From the IMG/VR virus record IMGVR_UViG_3300024999_000057, positions 1 to 64,000 of that record: a stretch of 64,000 nt of DNA; one strand, 5' to 3'. This document shows, piece after piece, positions 54,660 through 62,341 of this stretch (its first letter is position 1; each line of letters opens with the position of its first letter). Under the pieces are notes generated by a model. It did no database searches. It was not told the origin of the DNA and worked only from the letters and a program-made list of their open reading frames with translations. A program made the position numbers and the translations under genes. This DNA is from a virus.

Positions 54660-56890
54660 TGCTGAATTGATGTCGTTCCGTCCTCGTGTTTAGTAGCTCT
54701 GATTATGCTCGTGTAGGTCATCGGCAGCGCCAGTTCGGAGTGAGCGATAATGGCGATGCAGCGGCCCTGCTCCTTCAGGTAGCCCAGCACCTCAAAAAGT
54801 CCAGCCTTCCCCTCTTCATCCAACGACCCGAAGATTTCATCGAGGCAAAGCACGTTGAACGAAGAGGAGCCTGTGGCTTCCAAAATTTCCAACGTAGCGA
54901 AGAGGCAGGACATCTTGACCCTCGCCTTCTCACCCTCCGACCAGTTCGCCCACTTGACCGTCTTGTGGCTGTCGGTGACCGTGAATTGGACCTCACCATC
55001 TTCATCGAGATAGAAGACGCACGCGATTCTTCCCGAGGTGATCATCTCCGAATATTTCCGGATCAGGATGTTGAAGCTCCTCAGGAACCTGTCGATTTTC
55101 CTGACTCGGTAACCCTTCGGCCCGAGGATTCCCAACCAATTCCTGATGTCCTCCAAGGTACTTTCTGCCTGAAACAACTCATTTCTGGAAGCGTCCAATC
55201 GGAGCAATAAATCCCGGTTGTTTTCCTCGACCTGACGATTAAGTTCTTTTCGGGCTCTCGATAAAGCGTTGTGGTCCTTGGCCTTGGTTACTTCAGTATC
55301 AATTTGGGAAACCTCGTTTTTTACTGAAATCAACTTAGAAACCAATTCGCCCAACTTCAAATCAATAGCCATCAAAACCAGAGGATCAACCTCAACCGCA
55401 GGACCAACTTCAGCTTTCAACCGGTTCAACTCGAACTGCCTCTGCTCGAACTGCAGGTGCTCCATCCCGATTAATACCGCTTCCTGCAAGTTCAATTGAA
55501 TCCGACGCTTGCGATCCTCGAAGCAACTCACATCAAGCTGAGCTTGATTCCCGTCGATCTTGGTATCCGGGTTGGCTTCGAGCTTTTCAAGCTCCTGAGT
55601 TTTCCTGGTGATTTCCTGCCAAGCCTTCTGGATGAGGCGGTACTTTGAGAGGGAGGACTCGCATTTTTCGATGAGAGCATTGTCGGCTTCGATCTGAGCA
55701 GAAAGCTCTTCGATCTGCCCTTCAAACTGCGTCGAGTCAACCGAATGTCCGCAGGTAGGGCAGGCACAGGACTTCGCGGAATTCTCAAGGCTCAGGCGCT
55801 CCGATCCCTTCTGACTTCGGGCAACCTGCGTCTTCGTCTTGAGGTTCTCGATCTTCCTCAGTTGCTCCTCAGCGAACTCTGCTTCAACTTCAGGAGTTTC
55901 CAATTTGGAAAGTTCTTCCCTCAATGGAAGCAGCCGCTCGATCTGAGGCTTGGCCTTTTCGTACCTAGCGAGAACCCCTTGAGCCTCTTGAAGCTTGGAT
56001 TCGGTGAACCTGAGTTCTTCCTGAAGCTTAGTTGCTCTGCTTTGTGCGTCTTCCTTCGATAAAGAGGGGAGTTCGAAGGTTTTAATCTCGTCTTCTAACT
56101 CCTGAATCTTCTCTTGTGTCGCTTGGTTCGCCTCGGCTTTTTTCAATAGCTCTGTGAGATCGCTTCGATCTCTGGAGAGTTCCAGTTGCTGAGCTTTCAA
56201 GTTATCAACTTCAACCCAAAGATTCTTCAGTCTGGATTCAAGCTCAGCAACCTCGACTTCCTCAAGTTCAGGCTGAGGATGAACCACGCCCTGCTCCATC
56301 AACTCGATCTGCTTCTGGAGCATCAGGATCTTGCCATGCTTTCCTGCGAGAGCCTTTTCCTTCTCCTTCATCCGGTCGAATTCAGCGTCGAGTTCATCCA
56401 GGCGATTGACTCTGGAGATGAACTTTTTCCTCTCGCCATCGGAGGAGGATTCGAGGAGATTCAAGGAGCTTTTCGGGCTCTGGTAAACGAGATCCACGAA
56501 AGTTGAATAGTCGGTTTCGAGGACCTCTTCGAGGAACTTCAGGTTGTCCGGGATTCGCTTCAGGTGCCGCTTGTGCTTCGCTCCGTTGACCTCTTCGTAA
56601 ATCTCGATCTCACCGGTCTTCTTCGAGTTCTTGACATACCACTCGGAAGCGCCCTTGGTGAACCAGATTTCGATCTCATAAGGCTGGCCTGTGATCTCGT
56701 TATTCACGTCGTCTACTTTGGTGCCCTTCGGGTTCTTGTTGAACAGGCCCTGGATCAGCGTCAGGAAAAGGCTCGTCTTGCTGGCGCCGTTGTTGCCGAT
56801 GACCGAGTGAATTCCATTCTCGAACGTGAAGTCGAGGTACTTGTAGGCGAAGCAGTCTCGGGCCACTACTCGGGTGAACTCGACTACCAC
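54656..56890 (-). CDS. SbcC/Rad50-like recombination ATPase (T5 D13/T4 gp46 type)
   Basis: GNNGASKT, CPTCG hook, SEGE signature, LDEIFGSLD, IIAH. Confidence 0.95.
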   Translation of the reverse strand: MVVEFTRVVARDCFAYKYLDFTFENGIHSVIGNNGASKTSLFLTLIQGLFNKNPKGTKVDDVNNEITGQPYEIEIWFTKGASEWYVKNSKKTGEIEIYEEVNGAKHKRHLKRIPDNLKFLEEVLETDYSTFVDLVYQSPKSSLNLLESSSDGERKKFISRVNRLDELDAEFDRMKEKEKALAGKHGKILMLQKQIELMEQGVVHPQPELEEVEVAELESRLKNLWVEVDNLKAQQLELSRDRSDLTELLKKAEANQATQEKIQELEDEIKTFELPSLSKEDAQSRATKLQEELRFTESKLQEAQGVLARYEKAKPQIERLLPLREELSKLETPEVEAEFAEEQLRKIENLKTKTQVARSQKGSERLSLENSAKSCACPTCGHSVDSTQFEGQIEELSAQIEADNALIEKCESSLSKYRLIQKAWQEITRKTQELEKLEANPDTKIDGNQAQLDVSCFEDRKRRIQLNLQEAVLIGMEHLQFEQRQFELNRLKAEVGPAVEVDPLVLMAIDLKLGELVSKLISVKNEVSQIDTEVTKAKDHNALSRARKELNRQVEENNRDLLLRLDASRNELFQAESTLEDIRNWLGILGPKGYRVRKIDRFLRSFNILIRKYSEMITSGRIACVFYLDEDGEVQFTVTDSHKTVKWANWSEGEKARVKMSCLFATLEILEATGSSSFNVLCLDEIFGSLDEEGKAGLFEVLGYLKEQGRCIAIIAHSELALPMTYTSIIRATKHEDGTTSIQQ

Positions 56891-57069
56891 TCCTCTTCCT
56901 CCTTTTTAAGCTTAATGGATTCAGTGCATTCAAATTGAGCGATGTCTTCAATTCCAAGCAAACACTCCGCGCACAATTTGTAAGTGGCACCAGGAGCTGA
57001 TTGTCTCTGGATTTTAAAAATTATTTCTTCTGGCCCAGCACCACAATTATCACAGACCCCTAGTCCCAC
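56884..57069 (-). CDS. Small zinc-finger protein
   Basis: CDNC...CAEC. Confidence 0.65.
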   Translation of the reverse strand: MGLGVCDNCGAGPEEIIFKIQRQSAPGATYKLCAECLLGIEDIAQFECTESIKLKKEEEEW

Positions 57070-57317
57070 TCCTCTTCCTCCTGAGGAATCGTGTAGGATT
57101 TCTCCTTAACGACCCTGCCCACGAAGAGGCCAAGGAAAAGGACTTGGAAGGCGAACCCCCTCAACGACGGAATGAAGAGGAAGGGGAAAATCATGTCGTC
57201 CAGGTAGCCCATCGCGGAAAACTCGAAGTCGATTCCGAAGAGCCTTAACCTGAGAGCTACGGTCCTGTTGGGCTCGTTCAGGGAACCTTCGATTTCAAAT
57301 AAATCTGAGAATTTCAT
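57060..57317 (-). CDS. Hypothetical protein
   Basis: Operon packing. Confidence 0.65.
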   Translation of the reverse strand: MKFSDLFEIEGSLNEPNRTVALRLRLFGIDFEFSAMGYLDDMIFPFLFIPSLRGFAFQVLFLGLFVGRVVKEKSYTIPQEEEEWD

Positions 57318-57595
57318 TTTAGTCCTCCGAACACAAACGACTCCCCGAAATCGGTAATCAAGATGTAAGTCCTACCAGGGCGCACGTAACACTTCTCCTC
57401 TAGCCACAGGCGCAGGAGCACGACAACTTCTTCCCAAGTTTCTGGTTCGTCAGTGTCGTAGTAAGAAGGCCACGGATTGAACCAATCAACCATCTGCATA
57501 ACCACAGGCTTACTTCCGTCGAAGCAGAACCCCTCCGGGTATTCGAGGGGAAGTTCGAACACGCGGCAAAAATTTGTTTCTTCTGTGGGCCTCAC
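57314..57595 (-). CDS. Hypothetical protein
   Basis: Operon packing with 4-bp overlaps. Confidence 0.7.
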   Translation of the reverse strand: MRPTEETNFCRVFELPLEYPEGFCFDGSKPVVMQMVDWFNPWPSYYDTDEPETWEEVVVLLRLWLEEKCYVRPGRTYILITDFGESFVFGGLK

Positions 57596-57966
57596 ACCAC
57601 CTCCCCTGAGAAGAGCAACTTCTCAACTGAATCCCAGTCCACGAAAGGACGTTCGAATTCATCAAGCCCTTTGCAAAGGGGAACCCCTAAAGCCGCGTCG
57701 TCGATGTAGAGGTGTGCGTAGATTTTGGGGCTTTGGGTCCAGCGTTTCTGCCCCGGATTCTCGTTGATGCTCCAGAGTTCAATTTCGTTTTCCTTGAACC
57801 AAGCCACAGCGTCTTCCAATTCTTTGCCACTCCGCATCGTGTAGAGGATGAGTTGGTGGCCTTCGCCAGTGAGCTTTTTAAGAACGGGCTGCGCTCCGAT
57901 TTCTCTCCCAATCTTCGGGTACTCGTGCGTTACGCAGGTACCGTCGAAATCAACTGCGATTATCAA
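57592..57966 (-). CDS. HAD-superfamily phosphatase (BT0820-like)
   Basis: IIAVDFDGT, LYTMR, KIYAHLYIDD. Confidence 0.9.
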   Translation of the reverse strand: MIIAVDFDGTCVTHEYPKIGREIGAQPVLKKLTGEGHQLILYTMRSGKELEDAVAWFKENEIELWSINENPGQKRWTQSPKIYAHLYIDDAALGVPLCKGLDEFERPFVDWDSVEKLLFSGEVV

Positions 57967-58961
57967 GCTGCCTCCTTGTAGACCATCATCATCCGGTCGA
58001 TTTTATTTTCGTCGTACCCAAGTTCCTTCAGATAGGAAGCCAGTTCCTCGTCGAGCGAGGCGTTGATGATTTCTTCTTGCTCTCCTGAATCCTGAACCAA
58101 AACCTGCAAAGCCTCAGGCACCTTCACCAACTTGACGTTGGATTGAGGCGCTGAAATGGTCTTCAACTCAGGCACGGTGCCGGTGACCTCGATCCGGTAG
58201 AAGTCGGTTTCGTTTAAAGCAGGAAATTCCTCATCCGCTCGAATTCGGATCTGAATTAGTGAGGGCAAATTTGTGGCTATTCGCTCGTACTTCGCGGTGC
58301 CCTTGTCAAGGGTCAGGAGGACAACTCCGGTATCGACCGAGGTTTGAAACTCCTTGTTGACCGGGTGGTTCGTGTAGACGAGCTTGCCTACTGAGTAGGG
58401 GGCGTGAATATCTGAACAAATAGCCAAATCGAAAGGCTCCAGCAAATGATCGACATCAATTTCCTCCTTGACGAACTGGTTGTAGTTGCATCGGAAGTGA
58501 GAGATCAAAATGTTCAGCTTGGTGCCAGTCACTGTGGGTCCAGAATAGGTGCCCAAGGAACAATGATTTACAAAGTGCAGCGTGCAATTTTCGTCAGGCA
58601 GGTGATGAACCCAAGGCTTCGCTTGGTAATTCAGCTTGATCGTCTTGTCCTTGCCCATGTCCAGGTACTGGAAAGTGTCCTTGCCTGGCCCGATCTGTTC
58701 GTGATTTCCAGAGATCAAGTAGACTTCGATACCGGCCTCACGACACATCCTGAAGAAGATAAAAGCAAGCTCTTGCTCCTCAAGCTCGGGCTCACATTTC
58801 TCCCAAAGATCCCCTGCTATGATCAACTCCGCGTGGTTGTGCAGGCAGGCCTCGATCAGGAACTCGAAGAGTTGCATGTAGCGGTCGATCTGCCAAGCGA
58901 AGGGAGCCTCTTTGCGAAGCCAAATGTGCCAATCCCCGCTGCAAAGAAATTTTCTAGCCAC
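57963..58961 (-). CDS. SbcD/Mre11-like nuclease (T5 D12/T4 gp47 type)
   Basis: GDWH, AGDL, SGNHE, SH, SDIH; GTG start 58961. Confidence 0.9.
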   Translation of the reverse strand: MARKFLCSGDWHIWLRKEAPFAWQIDRYMQLFEFLIEACLHNHAELIIAGDLWEKCEPELEEQELAFIFFRMCREAGIEVYLISGNHEQIGPGKDTFQYLDMGKDKTIKLNYQAKPWVHHLPDENCTLHFVNHCSLGTYSGPTVTGTKLNILISHFRCNYNQFVKEEIDVDHLLEPFDLAICSDIHAPYSVGKLVYTNHPVNKEFQTSVDTGVVLLTLDKGTAKYERIATNLPSLIQIRIRADEEFPALNETDFYRIEVTGTVPELKTISAPQSNVKLVKVPEALQVLVQDSGEQEEIINASLDEELASYLKELGYDENKIDRMMMVYKEAA

Positions 58962-59364
58962 CCGACCTCCCCACTCCCATCGCACATTTTTTGAACTCCA
59001 TTTCCTGCAACGGCTTCAACGTGGGATCACAAGGAAGGCTGGTAAGCCCGAAGCAGTTCAGCCTCACGTCGGTTTCGACCCAGACTTCATCTACGAGGCC
59101 TCCACGCATAACCTGATAACCAGGAACCACAAATCCTTCCGCCTTCTCCAAAAGCCCAACAAGAAGCTCGCCTTCGATGATCAGCTTGTTGTCCAAGACC
59201 TTCGCTGAGTCCACGAAGCCAACCTTGACGTGCTGGTTGAAACCATCAAGAATCGGAATCTCCTTCCCTTGTACGGCCTCAGCCATCTGGTAGAGAGCTT
59301 CAGGCGCAAACCTGTCTCCTTTGAGATCTACTGCGGTTGATGCTGCTTCTGCGATGAATCTCAT
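58954..59364 (-). CDS. Prohead-protease-fold protein, catalytic residues apparently missing
   Basis: FIAEA..VDLKGDRF..AL..IPIL..VG..LIIEGEL..GLTSLPCDP. Confidence 0.6.
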   Translation of the reverse strand: MRFIAEAASTAVDLKGDRFAPEALYQMAEAVQGKEIPILDGFNQHVKVGFVDSAKVLDNKLIIEGELLVGLLEKAEGFVVPGYQVMRGGLVDEVWVETDVRLNCFGLTSLPCDPTLKPLQEMEFKKCAMGVGRSGG

Positions 59365-59601
59365 TTAAGCCACCTCGTCTTCCGGCAGATCCTTGTCACA
59401 GCCGAACAAGGTGTCCATCCCGTACTCCTCATTGGCTTCGCAGGCAATGTCGCCCAGGATCGAATCAATCTCTTCGAGAGCATCGGTGTCGATCTCGTCG
59501 AAATTGCGAAGGCCACATAGCCGGTCGAGGACGTAGGCCCGAGCCTCTTTGAGCCGCTCCGGGTCGATTGCGAGATGATAAATTTTGAATTCTTCGTTCA
59601 T
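59365..59601 (-). CDS. Small acidic protein
   Basis: RBS AAGGAG before ATG 59601. Confidence 0.7.
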   Translation of the reverse strand: MNEEFKIYHLAIDPERLKEARAYVLDRLCGLRNFDEIDTDALEEIDSILGDIACEANEEYGMDTLFGCDKDLPEDEVA

Positions 59602-59614
59602 TTTGGATCTCCTT

Positions 59615-59917
59615 AAATTAGGCGGCAGACTTCCACGCGGTCTGCCAGCGCTGCCTGAATAACTACCGTAGAGTACAGGCTCCTCCCCTTTCACACGCTC
59701 AGGTCACTCATGTTAGGCTTGGGTACAACTACCGTAGAGCACAGGTTTGAGCTTCAAGCTCTCAGCAGCTGAGAACCTCAGAGGCTTGCGCTCCAAATCC
59801 GGTTGTACCAGCTACCAGCCTTAGCCAAATTAGGCCATGCCCTCAATGACGTGCTACTTGTCCGCGCTGCTTGCACCTCATGTTCCGAGGGAGAGGATCG
59901 GCGGGGTGATCTCGTTC
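59615..59917 (-). ncRNA. Candidate structured non-coding RNA or leader
   Basis: About 300-bp GC-rich gap with hairpins and a 19-bp duplication (59661-59679, 59727-59745). Confidence 0.35.
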
Positions 59918-60127
59918 CTACAGAAAGGCCTGCTTCATTTTCTCAGCGAGCCTGGTTGCTTCCAGACTTTCACCAAGGTGCTTCTCGCGATCATTCATCA
60001 GATCTGAAATCTTGGTTTCGATACCATCTGCGATAGCGTCGTGCTTCGAGGAATGAAGTTCGAGTTCCTTGACAGCCTTCTGGAAGGTACCCATAATTTC
60101 GTCGATGGTTTTACTTTTGAGGAACAA
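59918..60127 (-). CDS. Small coiled-coil protein
   Basis: RBS AAGGAG; TIDEIMGTFQKAVKELE. Confidence 0.7.
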   Translation of the reverse strand: MFLKSKTIDEIMGTFQKAVKELELHSSKHDAIADGIETKISDLMNDREKHLGESLEATRLAEKMKQAFL

Positions 60128-60249
60128 TTTATTCTCCTTTCCTGGTTATTTTTTAATCCATCTCCAAGCTACAACTACTCCGCAAGCGAAGCCACCTGAG
60201 CCAATAATCAAACACCCGATCACGAATGTGCTTACATCCACCAGCACAC

Positions 60250-60633
60250 TCATTTCACGGTGTCCTCATCGGAGCAGCCCACGAGTTCCGGCTTGTATCC
60301 ACAGAAAACCTTGACTTCCCTGAAGCCACCATTCTGCTGCGGGACCATGCCTACGGAGGTGACGAGGCCATTGAAGTTGCTGTCGGAGGGCCTCACGTTG
60401 ACGAGGGCGCCACGCTCTTTCGTCAGCACGATGTTGCCATCCGCTTCCTTGCGCTGAACAGGCCATTCCTTCTCGAAGTACCTCTTGGCGTTGATTTCAG
60501 CCAGCGTGCGCTCCTCTGCGGTCAGTGCATGGACGTTGGCTACGGTCGCTGCGACTTTTTCATCAGCGGACTTTTTGCAGCCTGCGGAAAATGCAGCTAC
60601 CACGATCAGCGCGAAAATTACGAGTTTGTTCAT
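60250..60633 (-). CDS. Lipoprotein
   Basis: MNKLVIFALIVVAAFSAGC lipobox. Confidence 0.8.
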   Translation of the reverse strand: MNKLVIFALIVVAAFSAGCKKSADEKVAATVANVHALTAEERTLAEINAKRYFEKEWPVQRKEADGNIVLTKERGALVNVRPSDSNFNGLVTSVGMVPQQNGGFREVKVFCGYKPELVGCSDEDTVK

Positions 60634-60895
60634 TTTTTGGTCTCCTTTTTAATTTTTGGTTTTAGTTCCTGGTGCTCAGTATGTGCATCATGAGCATGTT
60701 GAAAGTTGCTTGAGAGTAATCCCCTTGGATCAGCGCCACAAGTCCTGCGATCCCAGACATGATTGCCACAACCTGCGTAACCACTACCCAACCCGCTACG
60801 AGTAAATCTTTGGTTTCTTGTTTCAAAATTTTTACCTCTCCCAGAACAACTCCGCAGGCTCAGAGGAGGGAAAGGCCTGCGGAGTTGTTCACTTT

Positions 60896-61825
60896 TTAGA
60901 AAACGATGTTGTCGAATTCGGCGTCTTGTGCTCCTGCACCCAAGCCACCAGAATTGCCAGCCCCTTTGCCCTCGATACTCATTCCGGCAGGCAGAGCTTT
61001 CTGCGCTTCTTCCTTGCGGGTAGCCGAGATCAGCTTGCGCTGAGTCTCGAAGCCCCTCACGGACTCGTCAACCGCCTTAACGGTCTCGGTCAGCAGCTTG
61101 CGCTCTTCGAGGGGATACGGGCGATCCTTCTGGAGGATTGGGGTTATGATCCAGTAGACGTTCGTGCCGTTGACCTGCTGCTCGGTGGTCAGGAGGGTCG
61201 GGAAGAAGTACAGCGGGAACTTCCCAGCCGAATCCAGGTACTGTTTGAAGGGCAGGAAGCTGGTGCCCTTGAAGTACATGATCGCGCCTTTTGTTTCCTC
61301 ACCGATCTTCACCTCGACGAAGACCTGATACTGGCAAGTGCATTTTTCCGCCTTGTCAACGTCCTTCGCACGGCGTGGGCATTTCCCGGACATGCACTCG
61401 AAGCCGAGATTGTCGCCTGCGGCTTTCTCGCCGGGATCGAGCACGAGCTGGCTCTGACAAATATGCTTCTTCACGTCCTTGACTTTGGTGCCATCCGGGA
61501 AGAAAGAAAACTTGGTCCCGAATTTGACCACGGTGATCTCCGGGTTAGCCCCGCAGTCGATGCCGATGTCTTCAACAATCGTGTTTTTCCCGTCCTGCTT
61601 GGTGATCTGGTTGTACACGAAGTTCCCCATCGGAACGGTGTTGCCTTTGGCGTCTTTAATCGGGAACTTGTTGATCTTGAGCGTCGGGGTCTTATCGAAC
61701 GAAGCGTTGGTGGCCTGTCCGGTCGCACCAAGTATTTCCCGGATTTCGTCAGGAGTCATTCCTTCAAAAAGGTCTGCCAGATTTACAGATGCTGCTGCGT
61801 TAGTTTTTTCAGTTGCTTTTGCCAT
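60896..61825 (-). CDS. Putative single-stranded DNA-binding/annealing protein
   Basis: OB-like core with Cys cluster, flexible acidic tail ending EFDNIVF. Confidence 0.65.
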   Translation of the reverse strand: MAKATEKTNAAASVNLADLFEGMTPDEIREILGATGQATNASFDKTPTLKINKFPIKDAKGNTVPMGNFVYNQITKQDGKNTIVEDIGIDCGANPEITVVKFGTKFSFFPDGTKVKDVKKHICQSQLVLDPGEKAAGDNLGFECMSGKCPRRAKDVDKAEKCTCQYQVFVEVKIGEETKGAIMYFKGTSFLPFKQYLDSAGKFPLYFFPTLLTTEQQVNGTNVYWIITPILQKDRPYPLEERKLLTETVKAVDESVRGFETQRKLISATRKEEAQKALPAGMSIEGKGAGNSGGLGAGAQDAEFDNIVF

Positions 61826-61905
61826 TTTGAGATTTTCCTTAAATAATTTGAGATAGTTGGGTTCCCTCCCTGATTTTTGAAATTCATTTGTGAATTGTTG
61901 GTGGA

Positions 61906-61932
61906 AAAGAGGAGCCCTCCGAAGAGGGCTCC
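61906..61932 (-). terminator. Intrinsic terminator
   Basis: GGAGCCCTC-CGAA-GAGGGCTCC with U tract on minus strand. Confidence 0.8.
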
Positions 61933-61940
61933 AATCAAAA

Positions 61941-62330
61941 CTACAGCGCGTCTACCATCGCCCTAAGCTGCTCAAGGGATGCACCCAGGAGCTTCTCGTC
62001 TTCCTTCTGGGCGATGATCGACATGAGTTTCTGCTTCTTCTCCTTGGACTCCTTGATCCTCTCAGCAGCCTCGGCCTCGTTCAGCCTGACTTCGATGACC
62101 CGCTTGATGACCTCGAACTTGAGTTGGAGTACGGCGTCGAGATTCTTGCTCTTGACGACGAAGCTCTCGGTGTCGCTGTCCTTCAGCTTGCGGTGTAGGT
62201 CCTTGGCAATATTGTCTAGGCAGGCGCCGTTGTTGACTGCGGTGAGTGGGAGATCCCATAGGTCCTCGGTGCTGAGGTTGCCCTTGGGAGACTCGAAGCG
62301 AATTTTCATCCTGCTGGCTTTTTCGAACAT
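61941..62330 (-). CDS. Conserved-type phage hypothetical protein
   Basis: MFEKASRMKIRF..KGNLSTEDLWDLPL; RBS AGGAGG. Confidence 0.8.
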   Translation of the reverse strand: MFEKASRMKIRFESPKGNLSTEDLWDLPLTAVNNGACLDNIAKDLHRKLKDSDTESFVVKSKNLDAVLQLKFEVIKRVIEVRLNEAEAAERIKESKEKKQKLMSIIAQKEDEKLLGASLEQLRAMVDAL

Positions 62331-62341
62331 TTTTCTTCCTC

